Source: Dehalococcoidales bacterium (lineage in GTDB: Bacteria > Chloroflexota > Dehalococcoidia > Dehalococcoidales > JAUWZL01). Taken from it: a stretch of 64,000 bases of DNA. The stretch spans positions 57,079 to 121,078 of the forward strand of contig DAOUMC010000018.1 in NCBI GenBank assembly GCA_034413595.1, given 5' to 3'. The notes beneath the pieces were generated by a model. That model was not told the origin of the DNA and searched no databases. It saw nothing but the letters and a program-made list of their open reading frames with translations. The translations under genes and the position numbers were made by a program. The number at the start of each line of letters is the position of its first letter. The stretch's first letter is position 1. This document shows positions 18,568 to 25,588 of the stretch, one piece after another.

Positions 18568-19254
18568 ATGGAAAATGTTTCCTTTTTGGCCGCCTTTGGC
18601 GCCGGGCTGGTCTCTTTTGTTTCACCCTGCGTTCTGCCACTGGTTCCGGTATACTTTGCCAGCCTGGTCGGACCGGAGATTCTGGAAAGAGAGACTGCTC
18701 CAGGCCCCGTGCCGGTATTTTTACACTCCTTCAGCTTTGTCCTTGGCTTCTCCCTGGTCTTCACCCTGATGGGCGCTCTGATCGGGCTGGCAGGAATCGC
18801 TATCAGCCCCAGCTCACCACTGGTTCAGAGGATATCCGGCAGCCTGCTGATAGCTTTTGGCCTGTTCCTCCTGGCTGCCCTGAAAATACCGTGGCTTAAC
18901 TACGAGAAAAGGCTGACTTTGCCTCTGGGGATAACCACCGGCTATCTGCGGTCATTTCTCATCGGAAGTGTCTTCGCTCTTGCCTGGACTCCGTGCATCA
19001 GCCCGATACTGGGCGGCGTGCTGGCACTCGCCCTTAGCTCGGAAACCGCCTGGCAGGGCGCTTTCCTGCTGGCCAGCTATTCCCTGGGTCTGGGGCTTCC
19101 CTTCCTGATAATCGGCGCCGCATTCGGCTCTATCAGCCCGCTACTCAAACGCATCCGCGGCTACTCAAGACTGATATATATCGTCAGCGGCGTTCTTCTG
19201 GTAGCCGTGGGTGTTCTGATATTGACCAATAATCTGACCTGGCTTTACCCGTAA
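18568..19254 (+). CDS. ccdA: CcdA/DsbD-family thiol-disulfide electron transporter (membrane)
   Basis: 228 aa and polytopic. It has the motifs SPCVLPLVP and WTPCISPILG, each with a conserved Cys. Confidence 0.9.
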   Translation: MENVSFLAAFGAGLVSFVSPCVLPLVPVYFASLVGPEILERETAPGPVPVFLHSFSFVLGFSLVFTLMGALIGLAGIAISPSSPLVQRISGSLLIAFGLFLLAALKIPWLNYEKRLTLPLGITTGYLRSFLIGSVFALAWTPCISPILGGVLALALSSETAWQGAFLLASYSLGLGLPFLIIGAAFGSISPLLKRIRGYSRLIYIVSGVLLVAVGVLILTNNLTWLYP

Positions 19255-19280
19255 GCGGTAAGCCAACGGAGGTGTAAAAA

Positions 19281-19814
19281 ATGCTTAGAAGGCTAGCAGT
19301 GATAATCCTGGTGATAACAACCGTGCTACCGGTTTTAATCGGCTGCCAGTCACAGGTATCGACCAGCGGCACCAACCCCCCCGTTGAGGGCACCAAGGTG
19401 GGTAACCTGGCACCCGACTTCACGCTCCAGAACCTCGAGGGCCAAACGATTACTCTGAGTGAACTCAGAGGCAACCCGGTGATGCTCAACTTCTGGGCGA
19501 CCTGGTGCGGCTGGTGCACCCTGGAGATGCCCTTCATTCAACAGATATACCAGGAACGGCAAGACGAGGGACTGATAATACTGGCGGTTAACAAGGGGGA
19601 GAGTCTGGCTGCGGCAAGCCAGTTCATACAGAGCAACAACTTTACCTTTACCGTGCTTCTTGACACCGATGAGGCGGTGTCAAACAGATACGGGGTCAGC
19701 GGCATTCCGGTTTCCGTCTTTACCGATAAAGATGGTATAATTCAAGGAGTGAAGCTCGGCGCTTTCCTGGCCAAGGATGAAATGGAAAGCTACCTGAGCA
19801 AGATTCTACCCTAG
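19281..19814 (+). CDS. TlpA/ResA-like extracytoplasmic thioredoxin-fold thiol:disulfide oxidoreductase
   Basis: Signal/lipobox LIGC and active site WATWCGWC. Confidence 0.88.
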   Translation: MLRRLAVIILVITTVLPVLIGCQSQVSTSGTNPPVEGTKVGNLAPDFTLQNLEGQTITLSELRGNPVMLNFWATWCGWCTLEMPFIQQIYQERQDEGLIILAVNKGESLAAASQFIQSNNFTFTVLLDTDEAVSNRYGVSGIPVSVFTDKDGIIQGVKLGAFLAKDEMESYLSKILP

Positions 19815-19826
19815 CTCAATAAATGA

Positions 19827-20150
19827 ATGGAGTCACAGGAAATGGGCGATGTTTTGGACGAAGCCTACGGCATAATACAGTGCAAGGAGTGCCCGTGGTA
19901 TAAGGCATGCATAATGCCTATGAGGTTCACTGCCGAGGACATCCGCCGACAGTTAGCGCAAACTCCGGGGACCGATATCTCACAGCAGGCTGACCTGGGC
20001 ATACAGAGCCTTATCTCCAGTATGGCTACTGCCGCCCAGAACTCTCTACTCGAGGGCTGCCCGGTGCTTATTTACCGCCTGCGCCAGAGCCCCAGGCTTG
20101 CCCAGCAGATAAAGAAGATGATGCAGAACTGGAGCCAGGAAGAGGGATAA
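19827..20150 (+). CDS. Hypothetical Cys-containing protein (107 aa), third gene of the ccdA-tlpA operon
   Basis: It starts 13 nt after the tlpA-like stop and contains CKECPWYKAC plus a later GCP. I recognise no family. The start could instead be ATG 19842. Confidence 0.55.
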   Translation: MESQEMGDVLDEAYGIIQCKECPWYKACIMPMRFTAEDIRRQLAQTPGTDISQQADLGIQSLISSMATAAQNSLLEGCPVLIYRLRQSPRLAQQIKKMMQNWSQEEG

Positions 20151-20165
20151 ACAGTCTCGACAGGG

Positions 20166-21560
20166 TTAAAATACCGAGGCCGGAGCCCTGAGCTTCTTGA
20201 CCATATAGCCTGCCTTAAAGCTGTAGCCCAAGTCCGAGCGGTAGTACTCCCGGGCGCCAACCCCGCTCAAAACAGCCATAAGCGGAGTGCCAGACTCATT
20301 GGCTATCCTCTCTGCTTCAGAAAGCAGCAGCCTGCCCAGTCCTTTGTGCTGGGCTGCGGTCATATCCCTTTCCCCTAGAGAGACCTCACGACCATAGACA
20401 TGAAGTTCTCTAACCAGTGCCAGACCGCCACTAGCCTGCCCCAATTCTGACAGGGGCTTTGACTCAAGCCTCATTCTCAGGAGACCGAAAATGGTCTCAT
20501 TCTCGTCTTCAAAGGAAAGAAAGACTTCCTTGTCGCCGGCAGCAGTGTAATCCATTCGCACCAAGTGAGGTTCGCCGATCTCCCAGCCGTTCCGCAGCCT
20601 GTGACCATACTCGCGGCAGCGGATGCAGCGGCACCGGATCCCCCGTTCTTCCATTCGCTGCCTGACCACATCTCTCAGCGAGTCCTTAAGCCCGGCGACA
20701 ATAAACTTGGACGGTATGTCGCGCAGCACCCGTGAGATTCTGACATACCCGGGGACAACGGACTTAATACCGACTATCAGGTCAGTCATGGTATCATTAT
20801 TGTAGGGCTGGTAGCGCCCCTCCCGGTACCATCGCTCAAGCTCGGTGCCGGCAACCACCATGGTCGGGTAAAGCTTCAGGCCGTCCGGCCTGAAGCGGTC
20901 ATCGCCAAACAGCATAGCCGACATGTCCAGGTCGTGTTCCGGAGTTGAGCCGGGCAATCCCGGCATCCAGTGGTAGTGCACCTTAAAGCCATATTCTCTG
21001 AGGAGGGCTGTCGCTTTCATCACATCCGCCACCTGGTGTCCCCGGTTGACCAACCGGTATATACCATCATCCAGAGTCTGGACACCGAGTTCAACCCTGG
21101 TAGTGCCAAACTCAAGCATCCGCCTAACCTCTTCCTGCCCGCACCAGTCCGGCCTGGTCTCTATGCACAGACCAACACAGCGATGCTTGCCGCTCTCATT
21201 AAACCGCTGGGCTTCTTGCAGGGTGGCTGACTCTATGCCGTTTAAGGCATCAAAGCAGTCCTTGATGAACCGGTACTGATAGTCCGCCGGGCAGGCAAGG
21301 AAAGTGCCGCCCATCACTATAAGCTCAACCTTATCCGTGGAGTGCCCCATCTGTGATAGAATCTTTAGCCTGAGCTTGACCTGCTTCTGGGCGTCATAGC
21401 CACACCGTATCGCCCGGAGCACGGCCGGCGACTCCGGTGTATAGCTCTGAGGCGCCGAGTCAAAACTGGGGCAGTAGATGCACCGCCCGGGGCACTTCAT
21501 GGGTCGTGCCATCACCGCCACCGGGGTGACACCGGAGATTGTCCTGGCCAGTTTCTTCAT
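20166..21560 (-). CDS. elp3: Elp3-type radical SAM / GNAT tRNA uridine(34) carboxymethyl-transferase homolog
   Basis: Radical SAM CPGRCIYC (CX3CX2C) at the N-terminus and a C-terminal GNAT with QHKGLGRLLL. Size and architecture match Elp3. The start is set at ATG 21560 (SD AGGAAG upstream). Confidence 0.88.
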   Translation of the reverse strand: MKKLARTISGVTPVAVMARPMKCPGRCIYCPSFDSAPQSYTPESPAVLRAIRCGYDAQKQVKLRLKILSQMGHSTDKVELIVMGGTFLACPADYQYRFIKDCFDALNGIESATLQEAQRFNESGKHRCVGLCIETRPDWCGQEEVRRMLEFGTTRVELGVQTLDDGIYRLVNRGHQVADVMKATALLREYGFKVHYHWMPGLPGSTPEHDLDMSAMLFGDDRFRPDGLKLYPTMVVAGTELERWYREGRYQPYNNDTMTDLIVGIKSVVPGYVRISRVLRDIPSKFIVAGLKDSLRDVVRQRMEERGIRCRCIRCREYGHRLRNGWEIGEPHLVRMDYTAAGDKEVFLSFEDENETIFGLLRMRLESKPLSELGQASGGLALVRELHVYGREVSLGERDMTAAQHKGLGRLLLSEAERIANESGTPLMAVLSGVGAREYYRSDLGYSFKAGYMVKKLRAPASVF

Positions 21561-21719
21561 TGTACAAGCACTTCCTAACACAGATTATACTTCACCCGCT
21601 CCCGTGATTAAAGTATAATGCTGGAAGAGGCAAAGCGGCACTTTTTAATGGGGTGTCTTGGGGCATAAAGCCCTAAATTCTTCCCCTTCCCCCAAAGGAA
21701 GGGAAACAAAGGGGATAAA

Positions 21720-22370
21720 GTGAATCAGCAAGAAGTCTTTGACCAGATGGCGCCCGGGTGGTACGGCTTCCGGCACCGGTCTATCTTTACCAAAGAGCTG
21801 GAGATGCTGGCCAGACGCTGGCACAAGGGCAAGCTGCTTAACCTCGGCTGTGCCCACGGACCGGACTTCCTGCCTTTCAGGCAGAGCTTTGAGCTTTACG
21901 GCGTTGACTTCTCGCCCGAGATGCTCAGACTCGCCCGGAGATACTCCCGGAAATTCAACCTTGACCTCAACCTTTTGCTGGCCGATGTCAGGCACCTGCC
22001 CTACCCCGATAATACCTTCGACTGGGCGATATCAGTGGCCACCTACCATCACATAAAGGGTGAAGACGAAAGACTGAAGGCCCTGATTGAGCTAAAGCGG
22101 GCACTGAAGCCCGGGGGTGAAGCCTTCATCACCGTCTGGAACCGGTGGCAGCCCAGGTTCTGGTTCAAGCCAAATGAGCTACTAGTCCCCTGGCACAAAA
22201 AGGATAAGACCCTGTATCGCTACTACTACCTTTTTTCCTATGCCAGACTTGAAAAACTGGCCGAAAAAGCCGGCTTAAAAGTGATAAGCTCCTTCCCCGA
22301 AAGCAGCTATCATTTCCCTCTTAAACTTTTTTCCAGGAATATCTGTCTGCTGGTGAAGAGAGGTGGCTAA
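21720..22370 (+). CDS. Class I SAM-dependent methyltransferase, Trm9/ALKBH8-MTase-like
   Basis: GTG start after SD AAGGGGA. Motifs are LNLGCAHG, DVRHLPYPDNTFDWAISVATYHH, GGEAFITVWN, LLVPWH and YRYYYLF. From memory, they align along the full length of yeast Trm9. Confidence 0.7.
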   Translation: MNQQEVFDQMAPGWYGFRHRSIFTKELEMLARRWHKGKLLNLGCAHGPDFLPFRQSFELYGVDFSPEMLRLARRYSRKFNLDLNLLLADVRHLPYPDNTFDWAISVATYHHIKGEDERLKALIELKRALKPGGEAFITVWNRWQPRFWFKPNELLVPWHKKDKTLYRYYYLFSYARLEKLAEKAGLKVISSFPESSYHFPLKLFSRNICLLVKRGG

Positions 22371-22474
22371 CGACCTGGCTTAATCTCTGAACGCACTGTA
22401 ATAAGAACGAGAACCCAATCGATATCACCCCCTTTGTCTCCCTCTCCTCTTTTTTAGGCGGATTATTCGTGCTA

Positions 22475-22503
22475 TTGACAATGCTATCAACCATAACTAT
22501 GAT
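22475..22503 (+). promoter_or_regulatory. Strong sigma70-like promoter (TTGACA-17-TATGAT) upstream of the small-protein operon
   Basis: TTGACA at 22475-22480, a 17-nt spacer, and TATGAT at 22498-22503. Confidence 0.6.
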
Positions 22504-22512
22504 GAGTCTAAA

Positions 22513-22524
22513 TAGCCAAGGTTA
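22513..22524. promoter_or_regulatory. Operator-like imperfect palindrome TAGCCAAGGTTA
   Basis: It lies just downstream of the 22475-22503 promoter and is related to the TAGCCAGGCTA palindrome at 22582-22592 and to TTAGCCAGG at 22555-22563. Confidence 0.35.
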
Positions 22525-22581
22525 ACAGAAAAACAGTTGAGATAGAAGAGGAGGTTAGCCAGGTGTTTATCTTGACTATAA

Positions 22582-22592
22582 TAGCCAGGCTA
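22582..22592. promoter_or_regulatory. Operator-like perfect palindrome TAGCCAGGCTA, abutting a second TATAAT box
   Basis: TATAAT at 22577-22582 is immediately followed by (and overlaps by one base) TAGCC-A-GGCTA. Confidence 0.35.
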
Positions 22593-22651
22593 ACTGCAAA
22601 CTCCCTCTTCTAAAGAGCAGATATGATATAAGAATTATCTGGAGGTAGGAT

Positions 22652-22870
22652 ATGCTGGTAAAAATAAAATGCCCGCAGTGTAGTATTGAGGGCTCTATCT
22701 CCCTGCTTGAGTCAAGCTACCAGGGGCCGTACCGCTGCTGGAAGTGCCGGGGGCTGTTCACCATCAGGCTGGAGAACAGCGAGCTCAAGTCCTGCCAGCC
22801 CCTGAGCCAGGAAGAGTTTGACAAGCAGCAGGAGCTTGAAGCCCTGAGGAAAAAGTTCCGGCGTCAGTAA
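22652..22870 (+). CDS. Small zinc-ribbon protein (72 aa; CPQC ... CWKC) with charged C-terminal tail
   Basis: SD GGAGG lies 6 nt upstream. Two CxxC knuckles sit 18 residues apart. I recognise no family. Confidence 0.6.
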   Translation: MLVKIKCPQCSIEGSISLLESSYQGPYRCWKCRGLFTIRLENSELKSCQPLSQEEFDKQQELEALRKKFRRQ

Positions 22871-22905
22871 TTAGTTGCCAAATCAAAATAGCAAGGATAA
22901 TCAAA

Positions 22906-23028
22906 ATGAGCGTTGAAAAGGTCGGCGAGAAATACAGGTGCAACATCTGCGGCAATGAAGTGGTAGTCACCAAGGCTGGAGGCGGTACCCTCGTCTGCTG
23001 CGGGCAGGACATGGAGAAAATTGAATAG
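22906..23028 (+). CDS. Desulforedoxin-like Fe(Cys)4 protein (40 aa); below the ORF-track size cutoff
   Basis: Translation is [40 protein letters not shown]. The CxxCG ... [12 protein letters not shown] pattern matches Desulfovibrio gigas desulforedoxin as I recall it. Confidence 0.75.
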   Translation: MSVEKVGEKYRCNICGNEVVVTKAGGGTLVCCGQDMEKIE

Positions 23029-23066
23029 AAATATCCCCACCGGACTAATTAATACAAGGGGAAGGT

Positions 23067-23252
23067 ATGCCGGTAGTTATTGTTGAGATGTGGCAGGGAC
23101 GAACAGTTGAGCAGAAGAGGCAACTGGCACAGGGGATAACCGAGGAATTTGTTAAGATTGGTGTTCCCCGGCAGCAAGTCCACGTTATCTTTAAGGACAA
23201 CCCGAAGTGTAACTGGGCTACCGGGGGTAAGCTTGCCTCAGAAGAGGTCTAA
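23067..23252 (+). CDS. 4-oxalocrotonate tautomerase family protein
   Basis: 61 aa. It has N-terminal MP (catalytic Pro1) and the VVIVEMWQGRTVEQKRQL pattern. Confidence 0.85.
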   Translation: MPVVIVEMWQGRTVEQKRQLAQGITEEFVKIGVPRQQVHVIFKDNPKCNWATGGKLASEEV

Positions 23253-23280
23253 ACAAAGGCAAATACCCCGTCAGAGTACC

Positions 23281-23820
23281 TCACTTCCTGGAGTGGACTT
23301 TCTTTAGCCGGTTCAGGTACTCCCTGAAGGTTGCCGAATCTACATTGTCCAGGGTCATTATTATGGCATCCTCTTTATCATCCGAATAATAACCACGCCG
23401 TAAGCCTGTAACAGTAAAGCCATACTTGTGGTAAAGGCTCTGGGCGGTGCTGTTTGAGGCACGCACTTCCAGGGTAACCAGGCTCGCCTTCATCCTCACG
23501 GCCTGGTCTACGAGAGATAGAAGCAGCAATTCGCCTATCCCCCGGCGGCGATGGGTCTGCCTGACGGCGATATTGACTATGTGAGCTTCCCCGGCCATAA
23601 TCCAGAAGCCGGCGAAACCGATTATGTAATGCCCGGCTTTCTCCGCTCCAGGCTCACCAATTGCCCTCTTGTCGTCATAGGCCACGATATAATGGGCCAG
23701 CGAACTGCCAAGCTCACGCTTAAAATTCGTTGGCGGCATCATGGTCGGGAAGGACTCCCGGTCAATCTCAGACACCTGAGCAATGTCTTGCTGGCGCATC
23801 AACGAAACACGATATGCCAA
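23281..23820 (-). CDS. rimI: GNAT N-acetyltransferase, RimI-like
   Basis: Acetyl-CoA motif RRRGIGELLL; 179 aa. Confidence 0.75.
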   Translation of the reverse strand: MAYRVSLMRQQDIAQVSEIDRESFPTMMPPTNFKRELGSSLAHYIVAYDDKRAIGEPGAEKAGHYIIGFAGFWIMAGEAHIVNIAVRQTHRRRGIGELLLLSLVDQAVRMKASLVTLEVRASNSTAQSLYHKYGFTVTGLRRGYYSDDKEDAIIMTLDNVDSATFREYLNRLKKVHSRK

Positions 23821-23866
23821 TTTTTACCCCGTAAAAAGACCTGTCTTGCTTAATTTTAACATACCC

Positions 23867-24427
23867 TTATTTTCCAGCATAACGCTCCCACTCGCTGTAA
23901 AGGCAGCCGCAGTACTGCTGGCGGTAGAGGTCCAGAGGCTTGGTGATATGCCGGCTGTCTGAGTAGCGCTTCCTGAGGTCGGCATAAAGGAAAGAAACGC
24001 CCTCCTCCCGAGTCAGCAGCCGGTTGCCAATCTCCAGCAGCAGCTCGTGCTTCTGGTGAGGGCTGATAAGCAGGCTGGTGGTAAAGGCGGCAAAACCCAG
24101 CCTGATAGCCGTTTCAGCCGTTTTCATCAGGCGAAGCTGAAAGCAGTAACGGCAACGGTCAGCTTCATGCCCGGTTACCTTCGCAAAGTAGTCTTTTACA
24201 TCATAGCCCTCGGCTACAATCAAAGGGAAATCCATATTTTTTGCCAGGGACTTCATTGACCCGAGGCGGCTCTGGTGCTCGGTGTAGGGGTGTATATTGG
24301 GGTTGTACCAAAAAGCAGCCACTTCATAACCCTGTTTACGCCAGTGGTTGATGGGATAGGCGGTACAGTGAGCACAGCAACAATGAACCAGAACAGAGCC
24401 GACCTTCATATCCCGACCGGTTACCAT
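23867..24427 (-). CDS. queH: Epoxyqueuosine reductase QueH (DUF208)
   Basis: Contains [20 protein letters not shown] and a C-terminal YCGC. The start could instead be ATG 24409. Confidence 0.8.
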   Translation of the reverse strand: MVTGRDMKVGSVLVHCCCAHCTAYPINHWRKQGYEVAAFWYNPNIHPYTEHQSRLGSMKSLAKNMDFPLIVAEGYDVKDYFAKVTGHEADRCRYCFQLRLMKTAETAIRLGFAAFTTSLLISPHQKHELLLEIGNRLLTREEGVSFLYADLRKRYSDSRHITKPLDLYRQQYCGCLYSEWERYAGK

Positions 24428-25452
24428 AGGCTTGGCTGGGGCGGTTTTTCCTTATTACAGGGAAGGCCAAGATGCTGATAGGCCAGCGGCGTAGCCAGAC
24501 GGCCACGGGGAGTCCTCTCCAGGAAACCCAGCTGTAGCAGATAGGGCTCATAGACATCCATAATGGTGTCAGCCTCTTCGCTGATAGAGGCGGCAATGGT
24601 ATCCAGGCCCACCGGGCCGCCATTGAACTTGGTAACGATAGCCTGCAACACCCGGTGGTCTATTTCATCCAGGCCGATAGGGTCAACTTCGAGCTTGGAC
24701 AGGGCTTCAACCGCCACCTTACGGCTGACAACACCGTCAGCCATCACCTGGGCATAGTCCCTGACCCGCTTGAGCAGGCGATTAGCCACCCTGGGTGTGC
24801 CCCTAGCCCGGCAGGAAATCTCACGCAAACCCTCGGCTTCGGTTACCACCCCCAGGATACCGGCCGAGCGCTTGAGAATGGTCTCAATTGACGCCTGGTC
24901 ATAGAAGTCAAGGCGGTAGATAGCGCCAAAGCGGTCTCTCAGAGGCGGGCTCAGCTGGGCAAAGCGGGTGGTAGCCCCTATCAGGGTGAAGGCTGGCAGC
25001 TTGAGTCTGAGGCTCCGGGCGCCGGGCCCCTTGCCAATAATAATATCCAGGGCCCGTTCTTCCATGGCCGGATAGAGTATCTCCTCCACGGCACGATTCA
25101 GGCGGTGAATCTCGTCAATGAAGAGAACGTCCTGGCTCTTGAGATTGGTCAGTATCGCCGCCAGGTCACCGGTGCGCTCTATCGCCGGTCCCGAAGTAAC
25201 CCGGATGCTGACTCCCATCTCGACGGCTATTATATAAGCCAGGGTGGTCTTGCCCAGGCCGGGCGGCCCATAGAGCAATATATGGTCCAGTGCCTCACTC
25301 CTGCCCTTGGCGGCAGCAATGGCGATGCTCAGGTTTTCTTTAATCTTGTTCTGCCCGATAAAATCGCTAAGACACCGGGGGCGCAGGCTGGTGTCAAGGG
25401 GCATATCCTCAGCACCGGGTTTCCCCGAGACAACGCGAGCTATTTCAACCAC
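24421..25452 (-). CDS. ruvB: Holliday junction branch migration helicase RuvB
   Basis: Contains [12 protein letters not shown], Walker [10 protein letters not shown] and DEIHRL. Confidence 0.97.
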   Translation of the reverse strand: MVEIARVVSGKPGAEDMPLDTSLRPRCLSDFIGQNKIKENLSIAIAAAKGRSEALDHILLYGPPGLGKTTLAYIIAVEMGVSIRVTSGPAIERTGDLAAILTNLKSQDVLFIDEIHRLNRAVEEILYPAMEERALDIIIGKGPGARSLRLKLPAFTLIGATTRFAQLSPPLRDRFGAIYRLDFYDQASIETILKRSAGILGVVTEAEGLREISCRARGTPRVANRLLKRVRDYAQVMADGVVSRKVAVEALSKLEVDPIGLDEIDHRVLQAIVTKFNGGPVGLDTIAASISEEADTIMDVYEPYLLQLGFLERTPRGRLATPLAYQHLGLPCNKEKPPQPSLW

Positions 25453-25533
25453 CTCCGACTGTGTAAAATAAAGACCAGCCTATTTGGAAATTATTATACC
25501 ACATCCCAATCCTAATTAAATCTGACGGCCAGA

Positions 25534-25568
25534 TAAAAGGAACCACCCCAGCTAGCTGGGGTGGTTCC
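25534..25568 (-). terminator. Intrinsic terminator after rpoC
   Basis: Perfect 13-bp stem GGAACCACCCCAG / CTGGGGTGGTTCC with loop CTAG, followed on the minus strand by TTTTA. Confidence 0.7.
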
Positions 25569-25588
25569 TGGTTTAGCATAAGAAAGCT

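Noticed and set aside
21645-21995. 116-aa minus-strand ORF overlapping the Elp3/Trm9-like intergenic region and the methyltransferase 5' end. The alternative plus-frame ORF at 21739-22056 was also considered.
   Set aside because: The methyltransferase frame carries all conserved SAM-MTase motifs. The competing frames are proline- and arginine-rich with no motifs.
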